64,000 nt of DNA. Source: an uncultured beta proteobacterium (GTDB lineage: Bacteria; Pseudomonadota; Gammaproteobacteria; Burkholderiales; Burkholderiaceae_C). The position numbers and the translations under genes were made by a program. Positions 19,783 to 29,016 of this stretch are shown one piece after another (the first letter of the stretch is position 1; the number at the start of each line of letters is the position of its first letter). The notes below the pieces were generated by a model. The model searched no databases, was not told the DNA's origin, and saw only the letters and a program-made list of their open reading frames with translations. The stretch covers positions 2,316-66,315 of the forward strand of contig CAJBBZ010000191.1 of the NCBI GenBank assembly GCA_903951445.1, read 5' to 3'.

Positions 19783-21708
19783 ATGAATTTATTCTCCCCG
19801 CGCGCTCTTGCCGCACTATGTTTAAGCCTGACCTTGCTCAGCGCGTGCGGTGGGGGTGCCACCACTGCAAACGCGCCCAATGGAAATCAACAACAAACAC
19901 CCCAACCCGGCGCCGGAGGGGACGCTGCACCTACGGTCCCAACGGCACCGACCGACGACTGGACGCTGGCCTGGAGCGATGAGTTCGACGGCGCCAGCTT
20001 GAACAGCGCGGTCTGGACCGCAGACCTGGGCTCGGGTGGCTGGGGCAATGGCGAATCGCAGTACTACAAAGCCCAAAACGCCGTGGTCTCGGGCGGCTTG
20101 CTCACCATCACGGCCAAACGCGAAGTGGCGGGTGACGCGCCCTACACCTCGGCGCGCATCCAAACCTCGCGCAAAAAAAGTTTCCTCTATGGACGTTTTG
20201 AAATGCGCGCCAAGCTACCAGCCACCCAAGGCATGTGGCCAGCGTTTTGGCTTCTGGGCAGCACCTGCAAGTCTCTCTGGGCAAACTACGGCGGCAACGC
20301 AGACTGGCCAGGCTGCGGCGAAATTGACATCATGGAAATGATAGGCGGCTCCACCGGCAACGCCAGCGACTACACCACCTACGGTACCTTGCATTACCTC
20401 AAGGGCAACAACTACGACCCCTTAAGCATCGGCTACCGCAACGCCACCAAACTCGCTGATGGTTTCCATGTGTACCGCATGGACTGGACGCCCCAAAGTT
20501 TCACCTGGTATATCGATGACATTGCCTATGGCACCCGGCTGATCACCTCCGATATGGAGGAGTTTCACAAGCCCTATTTCATTTTGCTGAACCTGGCCGT
20601 GGGCGGCGCCTGGGGTGGTTGGGCAAATAACACCACCGTATTTCCGCAAACCTACGTCATCGACTACGTCCGCCACTACACCCGCCCCTGGCCCGCCAAA
20701 GGCAACGCGGCAGGATTACCCTCGGTCTGGCATTTGGGCGCAGACCCCAAACTGTCCTCAGCAACAGGCACCACCACCGGCGCGCAACCGCTGGTCACCC
20801 TGGCCGATACCGCGCTGTCTTGGTACACGCCCTACCTCAGTGGGAGCTTTGATGCCGGCGCCTGGGCTGCACAGGTATGGACGCTCACTCCTGCCGCCTC
20901 CGCCCAAGTCCGTGCGCGCATCTACCGCCGCCGCGCCGACGGCACAGAAACCCTGCTTGGCGAGGCCCAGATGGACCCCACCACCACCGGCAGCGGCAAC
21001 CACAGCACCCGCTTTAACTTCACGGGCATTGCCGCCCAAACCCTGAGCGGCGAGACCATACGCCTGGAGCTCAGCAAGCTCAGCGGCCCGGCCCTGACGC
21101 TGGTGGTCAATGGCAACGACTTTGACTCCTACCTCAGCATGCCCTGGAGCACCAGCGGCAGCACAGGCAGCTACCCCACGCAGACAACAGTGCCTTTCCC
21201 TGTACCGACCGCCAACACACCGACCGGCGGCGCGCCGACGGCCATGCCTGCCACATTGGGTGTGTATGCGGACATCCCTTACCTCGGTACGTGGGCTGGC
21301 ACCACCGCACCGCAGGTCTTTGCGGGCGGGGTGGCGCAAGAAGTGCAGACCGACGCGTTTGAGGGCAGCCACGCTGTCAGCTTTAGCCTGGGCCGTGACG
21401 GCGCCGGTTGGCAAATTTTGGGCGACAGCCAAGACTTGAGCGCCTACTCCCAACTGCACTTCAAAATCAAAACCAGCAGCGCCGCGCAGTTTGTGCGGGT
21501 ACGCATTGCGGGCGTGGGCAATGTGGCCTCCGTGCCGCTGGCGCCCAAACTCCAGGCCAGCACCGGGTGGCAGGACGTCACCATTGCGCTGGCCGAGCTC
21601 GGTGTGGCCGCCCAAGGCGCCGTCATCATTCCCTTCAGCATCGAAGCCGTAGGCGGCACGCCCGCCTTTAGCGCGCTGGTGGACCAGATTTACTTCAGCA
21701 AGCCATGA
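19783..21708 (+). CDS. GH16 laminarinase-type beta-1,3(4)-glucanase lipoprotein with long C-terminal beta-sandwich modules
   Basis: Lipobox LTLLSAC-GGG. GH16 catalytic motif GEIDIMEMIG and WPAFWLLG. ~330 aa of non-catalytic C-terminal sequence ends ...LVDQIYFSKP. Confidence 0.88.
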   Translation: MNLFSPRALAALCLSLTLLSACGGGATTANAPNGNQQQTPQPGAGGDAAPTVPTAPTDDWTLAWSDEFDGASLNSAVWTADLGSGGWGNGESQYYKAQNAVVSGGLLTITAKREVAGDAPYTSARIQTSRKKSFLYGRFEMRAKLPATQGMWPAFWLLGSTCKSLWANYGGNADWPGCGEIDIMEMIGGSTGNASDYTTYGTLHYLKGNNYDPLSIGYRNATKLADGFHVYRMDWTPQSFTWYIDDIAYGTRLITSDMEEFHKPYFILLNLAVGGAWGGWANNTTVFPQTYVIDYVRHYTRPWPAKGNAAGLPSVWHLGADPKLSSATGTTTGAQPLVTLADTALSWYTPYLSGSFDAGAWAAQVWTLTPAASAQVRARIYRRRADGTETLLGEAQMDPTTTGSGNHSTRFNFTGIAAQTLSGETIRLELSKLSGPALTLVVNGNDFDSYLSMPWSTSGSTGSYPTQTTVPFPVPTANTPTGGAPTAMPATLGVYADIPYLGTWAGTTAPQVFAGGVAQEVQTDAFEGSHAVSFSLGRDGAGWQILGDSQDLSAYSQLHFKIKTSSAAQFVRVRIAGVGNVASVPLAPKLQASTGWQDVTIALAELGVAAQGAVIIPFSIEAVGGTPAFSALVDQIYFSKP

Positions 21709-21761
21709 AACATCGCTTTGGCCGCGCCTTTGGAAACAACTTTGCAAATAAATCCACAAAA

Positions 21762-21779
21762 CCTAGGGAAACCCCTAGG
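21762..21779 (+). promoter_or_regulatory. Conserved box D, full 18-bp palindrome CCTAGGGAAACCCCTAGG
   Basis: Perfect 7-bp arms (CCTAGGG/CCCTAGG) around AAAC. It contains the GGGAAACCCCTAGG box and lies 41 nt upstream of the tandem operator. Confidence 0.5.
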
Positions 21780-21820
21780 AAAAAGATCTTGCAAGCCGTT
21801 TCAACAAACCGTAACATTTG

Positions 21821-21847
21821 TGAAAGCGCTTTCAGAACGCGCTTTCA
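21821..21847. promoter_or_regulatory. Tandem LacI-family operators (perfect TGAAAGCGCTTTCA plus overlapping AGAACGCGCTTTCA)
   Basis: The exact palindrome at 21821-21834 shares its last base with a copy carrying 2 mismatches at 21834-21847. Both are upstream of the orphan lipoprotein gene. Confidence 0.7.
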
Positions 21848-21896
21848 GGTTCAGCGCCTTTTCATCTCTTTTTCAAACGCCATAGGAGGCAATATC

Positions 21897-23009
21897 GTGC
21901 AAATCTCGCGTAACTCGTTTACTCTGCTGGTCGGCGCTGCCGCGTCAGCATTGATTCTTTCGGCTTGTGGTGGAGGAAGTAGCTCTACACCGCAGCCTTT
22001 AGCTCAGGCGGCGCTTTCCGTTGTACCGTTATCTACAACTGTCAGGGTACTAGGAAGTACCACCCTCAGCACTTCGGGCGGATCGGGAGGCGGCGCGGTC
22101 ACATATGCCGTCGCATCGGGCTCCTGCACTCTCGATGGTGCCACTTTAAGTGTTCCTAAAACCGCTGGAACCTGTACGGTAACCGCCACCAAGGCAGCAG
22201 ACTCTACTTACTCTGCGGCTACTTCTCCTGCTGTCTCCGTGACAGTATCTGGCGCCACATTTTCTAGCGGATTTGCCGCAAGCGCACTCACCATTGAAGC
22301 AGGGGCTTATGGAGGCTATGGCGGCAGTAGCATTGATAACTGGCAGGGTGCAAATGGGTCGACCACCTTTGGCGGGGGCGGAACGGCTTTAATCGGCGAT
22401 ACAGGTATTACAAAGGCGTCGCAAACCAAATATTACTCATATTACGTTTTCAAAGATACTGTAACAACCACCGATTTGTTTGCTGGTGTTTACGTTCAAG
22501 CGCCTGGTGTAACAGCGATCAGCACCTCAGCAGACACTGCGGGCTTGGATATAGCCGGCAAACAAGACATTTCATTCACCTACGGACAAAACGACGAGTG
22601 GTATAGCCAGACCGCCACGAACGCGAATAATTTCGCGGTAATTTTGACGCTCGGCAAGTGGTACGCATTCAAAAGAAACCCATGGAATTCGCATTGCAAT
22701 ATGAAACTTGTCGCCGTTATTACGCCTACGGCCTCGCAGCCGGCGAATCCAGACGGTAAGAGAGATACCTATACAGTACCAATCTCCAGTTTCACGGTTC
22801 TTGAAAATTGCGGTGACGCGAACATCACGACGCCAGCCCTCGCGCTAGCTACCTCCTCGAATGTTTCACAGGTTGATTTCCAAGGTGACTTCGGTGGGTC
22901 GGCGATCACTTCGGGCACAAAGACGACAAGTGCAAACACAACTGTCAAATCATCGAATAATGATTACCCGACAACTAACGCACTGTGGGGTAGCATCACA
23001 TTCAAGTAA
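21897..23009 (+). CDS. Lipoprotein with Ig-like domain and uncharacterised C-terminal beta-rich domain (candidate surface glucan-binding protein)
   Basis: GTG at 21897 is preceded by AGGAGG. Lipobox LILSAC-GGGSS. An Ig-like segment (GTCTVTATKAADSTYSAATSPAVSVTV) is followed by ~270 aa with no catalytic motif. The gene is AT-richer than the flanking genes. Confidence 0.65.
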   Translation: MQISRNSFTLLVGAAASALILSACGGGSSSTPQPLAQAALSVVPLSTTVRVLGSTTLSTSGGSGGGAVTYAVASGSCTLDGATLSVPKTAGTCTVTATKAADSTYSAATSPAVSVTVSGATFSSGFAASALTIEAGAYGGYGGSSIDNWQGANGSTTFGGGGTALIGDTGITKASQTKYYSYYVFKDTVTTTDLFAGVYVQAPGVTAISTSADTAGLDIAGKQDISFTYGQNDEWYSQTATNANNFAVILTLGKWYAFKRNPWNSHCNMKLVAVITPTASQPANPDGKRDTYTVPISSFTVLENCGDANITTPALALATSSNVSQVDFQGDFGGSAITSGTKTTSANTTVKSSNNDYPTTNALWGSITFK

Positions 23010-23026
23010 GCAAAGTTTCCGAGTTG

Positions 23027-23059
23027 AAAACAAGGGCGCCATGGCGCCCTTGTTTTATT
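23027..23059 (+). terminator. Rho-independent terminator
   Basis: CAAGGGCGCC-at-GGCGCCCTTG perfect 10-bp stem followed by TTTTATT. Confidence 0.8.
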
Positions 23060-23215
23060 GGAGCTACGACATAAAATTTGGTGGTAGATCAATTTTCGAA
23101 TCACCATCTTTGAAACCATGACCCTTAGACATAGCGGAACAGAGTCATCCTTGCTAAGGAGTAACATCCGCCGCCGACGCCGACAACGCCAAACCCAACT
23201 GTAATTCCGAAGACT

Positions 23216-23653
23216 ATGGGCTCAGATATAAGAAAAATGCGACTGCAACGCGGCTTCACCCTGATCGAGCTGATGGTGGTGCTGCTCATCATCGGCGTAC
23301 TCGCCGCCCTGATCGTGCCCAATGTGCTCGATAGGGCCGACGATGCCAAGGTCACAGCGGCCAAGGCCGATATCAGCAACCTGATGCAAGCGCTCAAGAT
23401 GTACCGCCTGGACAATGGCCGCTACCCCAGCGCCGAGCAGGGCTTGGCCGCGCTGGCCACCAAGCCCACCGTCGAGCCCATGGCGCCCAACTGGAAGAAA
23501 AACCTGGACCAGTTGCCCAATGACCCCTGGGGCAAGCCCTACGTGTATCTCAACCCCGGCATCAAGGCGGAAATCGATGTCATGTCCTTTGGCGCAGACG
23601 GTCAGTCCGGCGGCGAGGGCAAGAATGCGGACATCGGCAGCTGGCAGCCTTAA
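23216..23653 (+). CDS. gspG: Type II secretion major pseudopilin GspG
   Basis: Prepilin motif QRG-FTLIELMVVLLIIGVLAALIVP and a conserved C-terminal region (DPWGKPYVYL..., SFGADGQSGGEGKNADIGSW). The start may be the ATG at 23237. Confidence 0.93.
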   Translation: MGSDIRKMRLQRGFTLIELMVVLLIIGVLAALIVPNVLDRADDAKVTAAKADISNLMQALKMYRLDNGRYPSAEQGLAALATKPTVEPMAPNWKKNLDQLPNDPWGKPYVYLNPGIKAEIDVMSFGADGQSGGEGKNADIGSWQP

Positions 23654-24173
23654 GCGGCGCCTAGTCCGCCGCACCGCGCGCGCTGGGGGGCAGCGCGGCT
23701 TCACCCTGATCGAGCTGATGGTGGTGGTGCTGATCGTGGCGCTGGCCTCGGGCATGGTGGTCTTTAGCTTGCGTGATACCCAGGGCATCGCCCTAGAGCG
23801 AGAAGGGCAGCGCCTGGCAGCCCTATTGGAATACGCGCGCGCGCAGTCCCGATTGCAAGGCACGCCAGTGCGCTGGCGCGTCACGCGCAATGGCTTTGCC
23901 TTAGAAGGCCTAAACAAACCCGTACCCGAGCAGCCCTGGCTAAGCCCAGACACCCGCGTGTTGGACGTGCTGCCTCGCAATCCAGCCATTGACTCCGCCA
24001 GCCTGGCCGTGCTAGCCCTGGGCCCGGAGCCGGTGCTAGCACCGCAATCGGTGCTGCTGGGCTCGGGCCAGACGCCGGGCAATACGGTGCGCGTCGCCTC
24101 CGATGGCGTGCAGCCCTTTGCCATCGTGCCCGCCGATCTTGCAGTGCCGGCCAACACAGGACGCGCGCCATGA
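23625..24173 (+). CDS. gspH: Type II secretion minor pseudopilin GspH (start uncertain)
   Basis: QRG-FTLIELMVVVLIVALASGMVVF prepilin motif. The only in-frame ATG (23625) overlaps gspG by 29 nt and gives an unusually long leader. Confidence 0.75.
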   Translation: MRTSAAGSLKRRLVRRTARAGGQRGFTLIELMVVVLIVALASGMVVFSLRDTQGIALEREGQRLAALLEYARAQSRLQGTPVRWRVTRNGFALEGLNKPVPEQPWLSPDTRVLDVLPRNPAIDSASLAVLALGPEPVLAPQSVLLGSGQTPGNTVRVASDGVQPFAIVPADLAVPANTGRAP

Positions 24174-24550
24174 ACCATGGGCCTCAAGCGCCAACGCGGC
24201 AAGCCCGCGGCTTCACCCTCATTGAAGTGCTGGTAGCCCTGACCATCGTGGCCGTGGCGCTCATGGCCGGTATGAAAGCCAGCGGCGCCTTGACGCTGCA
24301 CGCGCAGCGCCAAACCGATGTGGTGCTGGGCCAGATGTGCGTGGAAAACGTATTGCACCAAATGCGCTTATCGCGCCAAATGCCCGGCGTGGGCCAAAGC
24401 AGCCGCGAATGCCAACAGGGCACGCAGACCTATACCGTGGCGCTGGATGTGCAGCCTACGCCTAACCCCAATTTCGTGCGTGTTGATGCCCTGGTGCGCA
24501 ACACCACCGAGCCGGTGCTGCGCCTGACCACCATCGTGGGTCGCAACTAA
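24170..24550 (+). CDS. gspI: Type II secretion minor pseudopilin GspI
   Basis: 126 aa. ARG-FTLIEVLVALTIVAVAL. ATGA overlap with gspH. Confidence 0.85.
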   Translation: MNHGPQAPTRQARGFTLIEVLVALTIVAVALMAGMKASGALTLHAQRQTDVVLGQMCVENVLHQMRLSRQMPGVGQSSRECQQGTQTYTVALDVQPTPNPNFVRVDALVRNTTEPVLRLTTIVGRN

Positions 24551-24551
24551 T

Positions 24552-25397
24552 ATGCAGCGCGCGCTTTTCATGCAGCCCAGGCCCAATGCGGCCCCCAAAG
24601 CGCGCCGCCATCGCGGCTTTACGCTTATTGAATTGTTGGTAGCACTGGTGCTGATGGCCGTCATGGCCGCTTTAAGCTGGCGCGGCTTTGACGCCATGCA
24701 GCGCAACCAAACGAGCCTTGCGCGCCATTCGCAAGAAGTGCTGAGCCTGCAAAACGGCCTGGCGCAATGGACAGCAGACCTGGAAGCCATAGAAACCCAG
24801 CCCGGCCAAAGCAGCATGGATTGGGATGGCCGCGCGCTGCGCTTGCTGCGCCGGGGCAGCCAAAGCGCGGGCGAGGGCTTGTACGTGGTGGCCTGGGCGC
24901 AAGGCCAGCGGGCGCAGGGCAGCGTGTGGCTGCGCTGGTCCTCGCCGCCGCTCACCAACCGCGCCCAGATGCTGGCCGCCTGGAGCCAGGCCGCTTTGTG
25001 GGCGCAAAACCCCGGCGATGCCGAGCGCCTGCGCGAGGTCGTCATTGCGCCCATGACGGGCTGGCAAATTGTGTATTTCCGGGGCGGCGCCTGGTCCAAT
25101 CCGCTGTTCAGTGCCGACCAAGTAAGCGCCACCGCCGCCCCACCGGTGACCGGCGCTAGCGGCGTTGTCACCGAGCCGCCCAAGCAAGAGGGCGCTGCCG
25201 ACGCCGGCAAAGGCCTGCTGGGTGCCTTGGTCGGCGCAGTGCCCGGAGCCGCCGGGCAAGCCGCCAATGCACCAGCGCAAACCAAGACCGAGGCCCTGCC
25301 CGATGGTGTGCGCCTGGTGCTGACCTTGCCCGATGGCGGCGCGATCAGCGGCACCCTCACGCGCGACTGGTCGCGGGCCGGATTGGGCGGCTCATGA
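24552..25397 (+). CDS. gspJ: Type II secretion minor pseudopilin GspJ (with low-complexity Ala/Gly/Pro insertion)
   Basis: HRG-FTLIELLVALVLMAVMAALSWRG. Size and position fit GspJ. Confidence 0.82.
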   Translation: MQRALFMQPRPNAAPKARRHRGFTLIELLVALVLMAVMAALSWRGFDAMQRNQTSLARHSQEVLSLQNGLAQWTADLEAIETQPGQSSMDWDGRALRLLRRGSQSAGEGLYVVAWAQGQRAQGSVWLRWSSPPLTNRAQMLAAWSQAALWAQNPGDAERLREVVIAPMTGWQIVYFRGGAWSNPLFSADQVSATAAPPVTGASGVVTEPPKQEGAADAGKGLLGALVGAVPGAAGQAANAPAQTKTEALPDGVRLVLTLPDGGAISGTLTRDWSRAGLGGS

Positions 25398-26416
25398 TGC
25401 AGCGCAGCCCAGCCCGGCAGCGTCAAATTGGCGCAGCGATTTTGATGGCCATGCTCACGGTGGTGCTGGTGGCCACCCTGGCCTCGGCCGCGCTCTGGCA
25501 GCAGTGGCGCGCCATCGAAATCGAAAGCGCCGAGCGCAGCCGCGCCCAGTCCGGCTGGATTTTGCAAGGCGCGCTGGATTGGGCGCGCTTGATATTGGCG
25601 GAAGACGGGCGCAAAGGCGGCTCGGACAACCTGACCGAGCCCTGGTCCATGCCCCTGGAAGCAGCGCGCCTGTCCACTTTTTTGGCGGTGGACCGCAGCG
25701 ACGCTATCTTGGCCGACCAGACCGGTAGCGCCTTGCTTTCGGGCCAGATGTTTGATTTGCAATCGCGCCTGAACCTGCGCACCCTCATCGTGGGCGACAA
25801 AGTGCATGCGCCCACCGCGGCGCAGTTCGCCCGCCTGTTCACCATCCTGAACCTGCCTAATCAGGAATTGACTTTGCTCCTGAACGGCCTGCTCAGCGCG
25901 CAGCAGGCCAGCAATGCGCCGGTGGGCGTGGCCGTGCAGGCGCCGCTGCTGCCCCAAACCGTGGACCAACTCGCCTGGCTGGGCCTCAGCAGCAACACCA
26001 TTGCCCAATTGCGCCCGTATGTAACGGTGCTGCCCGAGATCACCAAAATTAATCTCAATACCGCGTCCGACATCGTGCTACGCGCCGCCGTTGTCGGCTT
26101 GGACGCGGCCTCGGCCCAACAACTGCTGCAAAAACGCAGCAACAAACCCTGGGAGACCTTGGACGATTTTGTGCAAGCCGCAGGCCTTTCTGCTAAGTTA
26201 CTCGACACCGAAGGCCTGGCCACGCAAACCCGGTTTTTTGAAGTGCGCGGCACGCTGGAATTGGAAGGTCAGCCGGTGCATGTGATGACGCTCACACAGC
26301 GCGACGGCCAGCGGGTACGCATCCTGCGCCGCGAGCGCACGGTGGCGCCTGTGTTCGGCCTAGATTCCATGGCGGCAAGCCCCAATAGCGCGCCGCCTGC
26401 GTCCCCAAGGCCCTAG
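25394..26416 (+). CDS. gspK: Type II secretion minor pseudopilin GspK
   Basis: 340 aa. N-terminal hydrophobic segment GAAILMAMLTVVLVATLASAAL, GspK-like size and position. ATGA overlap with gspJ. Confidence 0.8.
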   Translation: MMQRSPARQRQIGAAILMAMLTVVLVATLASAALWQQWRAIEIESAERSRAQSGWILQGALDWARLILAEDGRKGGSDNLTEPWSMPLEAARLSTFLAVDRSDAILADQTGSALLSGQMFDLQSRLNLRTLIVGDKVHAPTAAQFARLFTILNLPNQELTLLLNGLLSAQQASNAPVGVAVQAPLLPQTVDQLAWLGLSSNTIAQLRPYVTVLPEITKINLNTASDIVLRAAVVGLDAASAQQLLQKRSNKPWETLDDFVQAAGLSAKLLDTEGLATQTRFFEVRGTLELEGQPVHVMTLTQRDGQRVRILRRERTVAPVFGLDSMAASPNSAPPASPRP

Positions 26417-26475
26417 CATGCGCAAGCCCCGCCCGCACAGGCCTGCCGCCTACAATCCCTGCAGCGATTGAATCC

Positions 26476-27699
26476 ATGGCCATTTTGATCATTACCCTGC
26501 CCGCGCAAGCCCTCAAGTCCGCTACCCAGCTGGACTACGTGATCAGCCGCGACGGTACGGCCCTGGACACCCAGTCCAGCGCGCCCTGGTCGCTGCTACC
26601 GGCCAGCGCCCGCGCCGCCCAGGCCACGCAAGTGGTGCTGGTGCTGCCGGTGGAGCGTGTGTCCTGGCACCAAGTGCAATTGCCGCCAGGCGCAGCCCGC
26701 TCCGCGCGCTTACGCGCCGTGCTCGAAGGCTTGGTCGAAGACCAGTTGCTCGACGATGTGGCCGATCTGCATCTGGCGCTGCAACAACCCCTGCCCGCAC
26801 AAGGCCCCGCCTGGCTCGCCGCTTGCGACAAAGCCTGGTTGCTCGACTGTGTGCGTGAAGTGGAGCAGGCCGGTTTCGACATCTCAGCGCTGGTGCCCGA
26901 ACTGGCGCCGCCCGCTTTGGGTGCTGCCGCTCCAGTCCAGCTCTATGCCTTAGACAGCCCGCAAGGCCCGCAGTGGGTGCATAGCAGCGCTGCCGGCCTG
27001 ACACGCTGGCCTTTGCAAGCCGCAGCGCTGGCCGCCATCAAACCCGCCGAGGATGTGCCGGTTTGGGCCGAGCCAGCCGTCGCTGCCCAGGCCGAAGCGC
27101 TGTTGGGGCGCCCCCTGTTTTTGCAAACCAGCGCCCAGCGCGCCTTACTGGCCAGCCAAGGCGCATGGGATTTGGCGCAGTTTGGCATCGTCGCGTCGCG
27201 CGGTGGCCGCAGTTTCCGGCGTATGGCCCAAGGTCTGCAACAGTTTTCCAGCGCAGCGCGTTGGCGCCCGGTGCGCTGGGGCTTGTGGGCTTTGTTGCTG
27301 GTGCAGGTGCTGGGGCTTAATTTGTACGCCTACCAGCAGCAAGCCGCAGTGAGCCAAGAGCGCCGCGCTATGCAAGCGGCCTTTACCAGCACCTTCCCCA
27401 AGGTGCAAGCTGTGGTGGATGCACCGGTGCAAATGCAGCGTGAAGTCGATCAACTGCGCCAGCGCAGCGGCCAGTTGGCGCAAGATGATGCAGAGGTCAT
27501 GCTCAGTGCGCTGATGCAGACGGCCAACTTCCCGGCGGCGCCCGCCGCTATTCATTACCAAGACGGGGAACTCAAAATCGAGGGCTTGCAACTGCCCGCT
27601 AGCGCACTGGCCGAATTGACCCGCGCCATGCAAGCACGCGGCTACCAACTACAAGCGCAAGGCACGACTCTGTCCATGCGCGCAAGGGGCGCGCCATGA
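26476..27699 (+). CDS. gspL: Type II secretion inner-membrane platform protein GspL
   Basis: 407 aa with one central TM (WGLWALLLVQVLGLNLYAY). It sits between gspK and gspM, with an ATGA overlap with gspM. Confidence 0.72.
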   Translation: MAILIITLPAQALKSATQLDYVISRDGTALDTQSSAPWSLLPASARAAQATQVVLVLPVERVSWHQVQLPPGAARSARLRAVLEGLVEDQLLDDVADLHLALQQPLPAQGPAWLAACDKAWLLDCVREVEQAGFDISALVPELAPPALGAAAPVQLYALDSPQGPQWVHSSAAGLTRWPLQAAALAAIKPAEDVPVWAEPAVAAQAEALLGRPLFLQTSAQRALLASQGAWDLAQFGIVASRGGRSFRRMAQGLQQFSSAARWRPVRWGLWALLLVQVLGLNLYAYQQQAAVSQERRAMQAAFTSTFPKVQAVVDAPVQMQREVDQLRQRSGQLAQDDAEVMLSALMQTANFPAAPAAIHYQDGELKIEGLQLPASALAELTRAMQARGYQLQAQGTTLSMRARGAP

Positions 27700-28187
27700 T
27701 GCAATCCCTGCGCAGTGCCTGGCAAGCCCGCTGGTTGCAAGCCAGCGCGCGCGAGCAAACTTTGGTGCGTATTGCAATCAGCGTGTTGCTGCTGGCGGCT
27801 TTGTGGTTTATCGCGCTGCGCCCGGCCTGGGTGGGCCTCAAGGCGGCGCGCACGCAAGCCCCGGTGGTGCGTGCGCAGTACGAGCAGGTTTTGCAATTGC
27901 AGGCGCAAGCGCAGGCCTTGCGCGCCCAGGCGCCTGGCGCGCCAGTCGATGCCAAAGCCGTGTTGCAAACCGGCTTAAGCGGCCTGGAAAAAAATGCGCG
28001 CATGGCGGTGCTGGGCGAGCGCGCCACCATCAGCTTCAAAGACGCCAAGCCCGAAGCACTGGCGCGTTTCCTAGAGCAGGCGCGCCTGATGGCGCACACC
28101 AGCACCTTGGAAATGCACTTCAACCAGTCCGGCGGCCTGTGGTCGGGCACCCTGGTTTTGCAACTGCCCGCGACGGGCACGCCCTGA
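27696..28187 (+). CDS. gspM: Type II secretion protein GspM
   Basis: 163 aa, N-terminal TM (LVRIAISVLLLAALWFIAL). Size and position typical of GspM. Confidence 0.7.
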   Translation: MMQSLRSAWQARWLQASAREQTLVRIAISVLLLAALWFIALRPAWVGLKAARTQAPVVRAQYEQVLQLQAQAQALRAQAPGAPVDAKAVLQTGLSGLEKNARMAVLGERATISFKDAKPEALARFLEQARLMAHTSTLEMHFNQSGGLWSGTLVLQLPATGTP

Positions 28188-28203
28188 CAGGCCTGGCCGC
28201 AGT

Positions 28204-29010
28204 ATGGCAAGCGCGCGTTCCCCTTTTGCTGCTCTACCTGGCAGCCGTGCGCCCTGGGTTTGGATGACGCTTGGAAGTCTGGCGGGCCTGTGTTTGGCTT
28301 TGCTCTTATTCGCACCGGCACGCTGGCTAGCAGCGCAAGTGGGCCAGGCCAGCGAAGGGCGCTTGCGCCTGTCCGATGCCCAAGGCACGGTGTGGTCCGG
28401 CTCAGGCCAGCTAAGTTTGCATGGCGGGCAGGGCAGCAACGATGTCAGCATGTTGCCGGGCCGGGTGCAATGGCGTTTGATGCCGACCCTGGGCGCGCTA
28501 GACCTCGAGTTGCGCGCCGACTGTTGCACCCCCGAAGGTTTGAATATACACATCGTGCCGTCCTGGAGCGGTGCGCGCCTGCAAGTGGCCGATCGCCAGT
28601 CGCACTGGTCGGCGCAATGGCTGGCTGGGCTGGGCACGCCCTGGAATACCATCCGCCCCGAGGGCCAGTTGCTCTTGCAAAGCAGCGGCTTTGTGGTGCA
28701 ATGGGTTGCAGGGCGCATTTCTTGGCAAGGCGCTTTGCAAATCGACGCGCTGGACATGGCCTCGCGCTTGTCCACTTTGCGGCCTATGGGTAGCTACCGC
28801 TTGCGATTGCAAGAGGGGCCGTCGTCGCAATTGGAGTTGAGTACCTTGCAAGGCGGTTTGCAATTGCAAGGCAGCGGCCAATGGACGGGCGGCAAATGGC
28901 GTTTTGAGGGCGAGGCCAGTGCCGCGCCCGACCGGGAGGAGGCGCTGGCCAATCTCCTGAACATCATCGGGCAGCGCAGAGGTGCGCGCTCGATCATCAA
29001 ACTGGGTTGA
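28204..29010 (+). CDS. gspN: Type II secretion protein GspN
   Basis: 268 aa, N-terminal TM. Its position between gspM and gspD is as in gsp clusters that carry gspN. Confidence 0.6.
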   Translation: MASARSPFAALPGSRAPWVWMTLGSLAGLCLALLLFAPARWLAAQVGQASEGRLRLSDAQGTVWSGSGQLSLHGGQGSNDVSMLPGRVQWRLMPTLGALDLELRADCCTPEGLNIHIVPSWSGARLQVADRQSHWSAQWLAGLGTPWNTIRPEGQLLLQSSGFVVQWVAGRISWQGALQIDALDMASRLSTLRPMGSYRLRLQEGPSSQLELSTLQGGLQLQGSGQWTGGKWRFEGEASAAPDREEALANLLNIIGQRRGARSIIKLG

Positions 29011-29016
29011 AATCTC

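Noticed and set aside
21705-21896. Upstream extension (64 codons) of the orphan lipoprotein ORF, spanning box D and the tandem operators.
   Set aside because: It would place regulatory palindromes inside coding sequence and a charged 60-aa extension before the signal peptide. The GTG at 21897 preceded by AGGAGG gives a normal lipoprotein signal.
23222-26008. Two very long minus-strand ORFs (23222-24361, 379 aa; 24368-26008, 546 aa) antisense to gspG-gspK.
   Set aside because: They run antisense to genes with unambiguous pseudopilin motifs. Their translations are Arg/Ala/Gly/Pro-rich low-complexity sequence typical of spurious open frames in high-GC DNA. They show no motifs.
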